From: a virus
Lineage: Duplodnaviria; Caudoviricetes
Virus record (IMG/VR): IMGVR_UViG_3300037781_000210
Location: 1 to 37,279 of that record
DNA length: 37,279 bases
Direction: 5' to 3' (one strand)
A program made the translations under genes and the position numbers. Positions 35,274-37,279 of the stretch are shown here, piece after piece. Below the pieces are notes generated by a model, which saw only the letters and a program-made list of their open reading frames with translations, made no database searches and had not been told where the DNA came from. The number at the start of each line of letters is the position of its first letter. Position 1 is the first letter of the stretch.

Positions 35274-36248
35274 ATGAGCGACCAGACCAAGATCGAATGG
35301 ACCGACGCGACGTGGAACCCGATCACGGGCTGCACGCTGGTATCCGAGGGGTGCCGCAACTGCTATGCCGCCACACTGGCCGCGACCCGGCTCAAGCACC
35401 ACCCCAGCCGCGCCGGGCTCGCCCGCGTCAACGCGGCAGGCGAGGCCAAATTCACGGGCGAGGTGCGCCTCAACGAACAGTGGCTCGACCAGCCCCTGCG
35501 CTGGCGCAGGCCGCGCATGATCTTCGTCTGCGCGCATGGCGATCTGTTCCACGAGAACGTGCCGGATGAATGGATCGACCGGGTGTTCGCCGTCATGGCA
35601 CTGGCCCCGCGCCACACGTTTCAGGTGCTCACCAAGCGGCCAGAGCGGGCGCGCGAATATCTATCAACGCTGCCAGATCGTCACATCACGTGGGGTCCAC
35701 GCCCGATGGGGGCTTACAAGATTTATAGGCGCGCCGAGGCAGTTGCCTCTGATCTTGGATCAAAATACGGAGGTGTTGCATTCGCATCGCTGCTCAATAA
35801 CTCTCTGCCCGACAACTTTGCTCAGATGCCGGATATCTGGCCCCTTCCCAACGTCTGGCTCGGCACGTCCGTCGAGGATCAGGCCACCGCCGACGCGCGC
35901 ATCCCCCACCTGCTCGCCACCCCGGCAGCGGTGCGGTTTGTCAGCGCCGAGCCGCTGCTGGGGCCGGTGGACCTGCGCAGCATTCATCCCGATGGGCGTT
36001 GGCTTAACTGCAATGTGTTGGAGGGCACATGGGATGACGGCGAACATATTGGCGCCGACCCCGCGATCCTCGACTGGGTCATCGTCGGCGGCGAGAGCGG
36101 CCCCAAGGCCCGCCCCATGCACCCCGGTTGGGCGCGGTCCCTGCGCGACCAGTGTCAGGCGGCGGGCGTGGCGTTCTTCATGAAGCAAATGGCGAAAAAG
36201 GCCGCGATCCCGTCTGACCTCATGGTGCGGGAATTTCCAAATGGCTAG
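35274..36248 (+). CDS. DUF5131 (Gp37/Gp68 family, radical-SAM-like three-Cys) protein
   Basis: KIEWTDATWNPITGC-x6-C-x2-CYA, FQVLTKR, FVSAEPLL, WVIVGGESG. Confidence 0.9.
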   Translation: MSDQTKIEWTDATWNPITGCTLVSEGCRNCYAATLAATRLKHHPSRAGLARVNAAGEAKFTGEVRLNEQWLDQPLRWRRPRMIFVCAHGDLFHENVPDEWIDRVFAVMALAPRHTFQVLTKRPERAREYLSTLPDRHITWGPRPMGAYKIYRRAEAVASDLGSKYGGVAFASLLNNSLPDNFAQMPDIWPLPNVWLGTSVEDQATADARIPHLLATPAAVRFVSAEPLLGPVDLRSIHPDGRWLNCNVLEGTWDDGEHIGADPAILDWVIVGGESGPKARPMHPGWARSLRDQCQAAGVAFFMKQMAKKAAIPSDLMVREFPNG

Positions 36249-36651
36249 AGGCAAGCACGGCAATCACGCCAAGGCGTCCGCGCAACACCGATGGAGGCCC
36301 GGAAGTCGCCCCGGCAGCACCGGGCACGTCAAGGTTCGCGTCGGCAAGGGCCATCCGCTTGCCGACCCCAACGGCTGGGCCTACGAGCATATCGTCGTCT
36401 GGGTAGCCGCAGGAAACCCACGCCCGGCAAAAGGCGAGATTCTGCATCACATAAATGAAGACAAAACCGACAACCGCATAGCCAATCTGCGCCTTATGAC
36501 ACGCGCGGATCACAACCGCCTGCACAACGCTGACCGCTGCCGTTGCCCAAAGACCGGCAGGCTGCTCAGCAAAGCCCGCGCAGGCCGCACCCTCGACGGG
36601 CGCGAGTGGAACGAGGTGCCCGCCTCTGCGGCGCAGAAGAAGGGTGAGTGA
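36241..36651 (+). CDS. HNH endonuclease (HNH_3)
   Basis: YEHIVV...HHINEDKTDNRIANL...H. Confidence 0.85.
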   Translation: MARGKHGNHAKASAQHRWRPGSRPGSTGHVKVRVGKGHPLADPNGWAYEHIVVWVAAGNPRPAKGEILHHINEDKTDNRIANLRLMTRADHNRLHNADRCRCPKTGRLLSKARAGRTLDGREWNEVPASAAQKKGE

Positions 36652-37013
36652 TGCCTAAGCGCGTCCGCATGACCCGCGCCAAACCGTGGCGACACCTGCA
36701 CCCCGACGCGGTGATCGTCGATCGACGCTCGCACTGGGGTAATTGCTTCGCGATCGGAGCGCCCGGCGTGCCGGATGCAGAGACCGCCGTTGCCTTGTTC
36801 CGCGCCGCGATCGTGCTGTGCGATTACTCAAACACCTGCGTCGCGGCGCGGCCTTCCCTGATCGTGCATCATGTCATGGCCGCCATGCCCGGCCCGGTGC
36901 CGCGCCTCGATGAAATCCGGCGTTACCTGCGCGGGCTCGACTTGGCATGCTGGTGCCCCCTCGATGCGCCCTGCCATGCAGATGTGCTGCTTGAACTAGC
37001 GAACAAGGACTGA
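36651..37013 (+). CDS. DUF4326 protein
   Basis: VDRRSHWGN.F...LRGLDLACWCPLDAPCHADVLLELAN. Confidence 0.85.
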   Translation: MPKRVRMTRAKPWRHLHPDAVIVDRRSHWGNCFAIGAPGVPDAETAVALFRAAIVLCDYSNTCVAARPSLIVHHVMAAMPGPVPRLDEIRRYLRGLDLACWCPLDAPCHADVLLELANKD

Positions 37014-37015
37014 CC

Positions 37016-37279
37016 ATGCCCACTGCCCTCCTTGTCCGCGCCAATGAAGCCGCCGCGATGCTGGGAATCAGCCGCAGCACGCTCTACGCGCGCGTGCAGA
37101 AAGGGCGCTGCCCGGCCCCGATCCAGTGGGACGGAACGACCGTCTGGCGCGTCCGTGACCTCGAAACATTCGTCGATCGACTGGCGGACCAGATGGCGGA
37201 CCCGCCATGCAGCACGACCCAAACAGCCAGTAAAAAAAGGGGTAATACGGGTAAGAATGGTGCGGGTGGAGGGACTTGA
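37016..37279 (+). CDS. AlpA-family excisionase / regulator
   Basis: EAAAMLGISRSTLYARV..G..P.P...W...DL. Confidence 0.85.
   Translation: MPTALLVRANEAAAMLGISRSTLYARVQKGRCPAPIQWDGTTVWRVRDLETFVDRLADQMADPPCSTTQTASKKRGNTGKNGAGGGT
37258..37279 (-). tRNA. 3' end of a tRNA (likely tRNA-Leu), att core; partial
   Basis: Reverse complement TCAAGTCCCTCCACCCGCACCA contains part of the T-loop, the acceptor strand and CCA; the anticodon lies outside the window. Confidence 0.8.

Larger units (their letters stand above)
1..37279. mobile_element. Prophage (temperate siphovirus, HK97-like head), integrated at a tRNA 3' end
   Basis: Complete modular set of int, lysis, tail, head, terminase, replication, immunity switch and xis genes; tRNA 3'-end sequence at the right edge. 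Confidence 0.95.

Overview
The window is an essentially complete ~37 kb temperate siphovirus prophage with an HK97-type head. The host is inferred to be an alphaproteobacterium, probably Rhodobacterales, from the gene families and a GTTC-N7-GTTC LexA box. Layout from left to right: P4-like integrase (+); a low-GC moron region; lysis, tail, head and packaging genes (all -); late regulator, replication, methyltransferase, cII-like and cro-like genes (-); repressor (+); lipoprotein (-); then an early operon (+) ending in an AlpA-type excisionase whose last codons overlap the antisense 3' end of a tRNA (att). Main observations: (1) The repressor has no autocleavage domain. An unannotated 48-aa ORF overlaps its 3' end on the opposite strand, lies behind a promoter with a LexA box, and resembles the repressor's own C-terminal helices, suggesting an SOS-induced mimic antirepressor. 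(2) An unannotated 33-aa basic peptide follows a highly structured, RBS-sequestering leader next to int. (3) terL carries an in-frame TAA. (4) An HNH gene appears to have invaded the 3' end of a DUF5131 gene. (5) A PAPS-reductase-like gene is bracketed by a 19-bp direct repeat. All family assignments come from motif recognition by eye; no searches were run.
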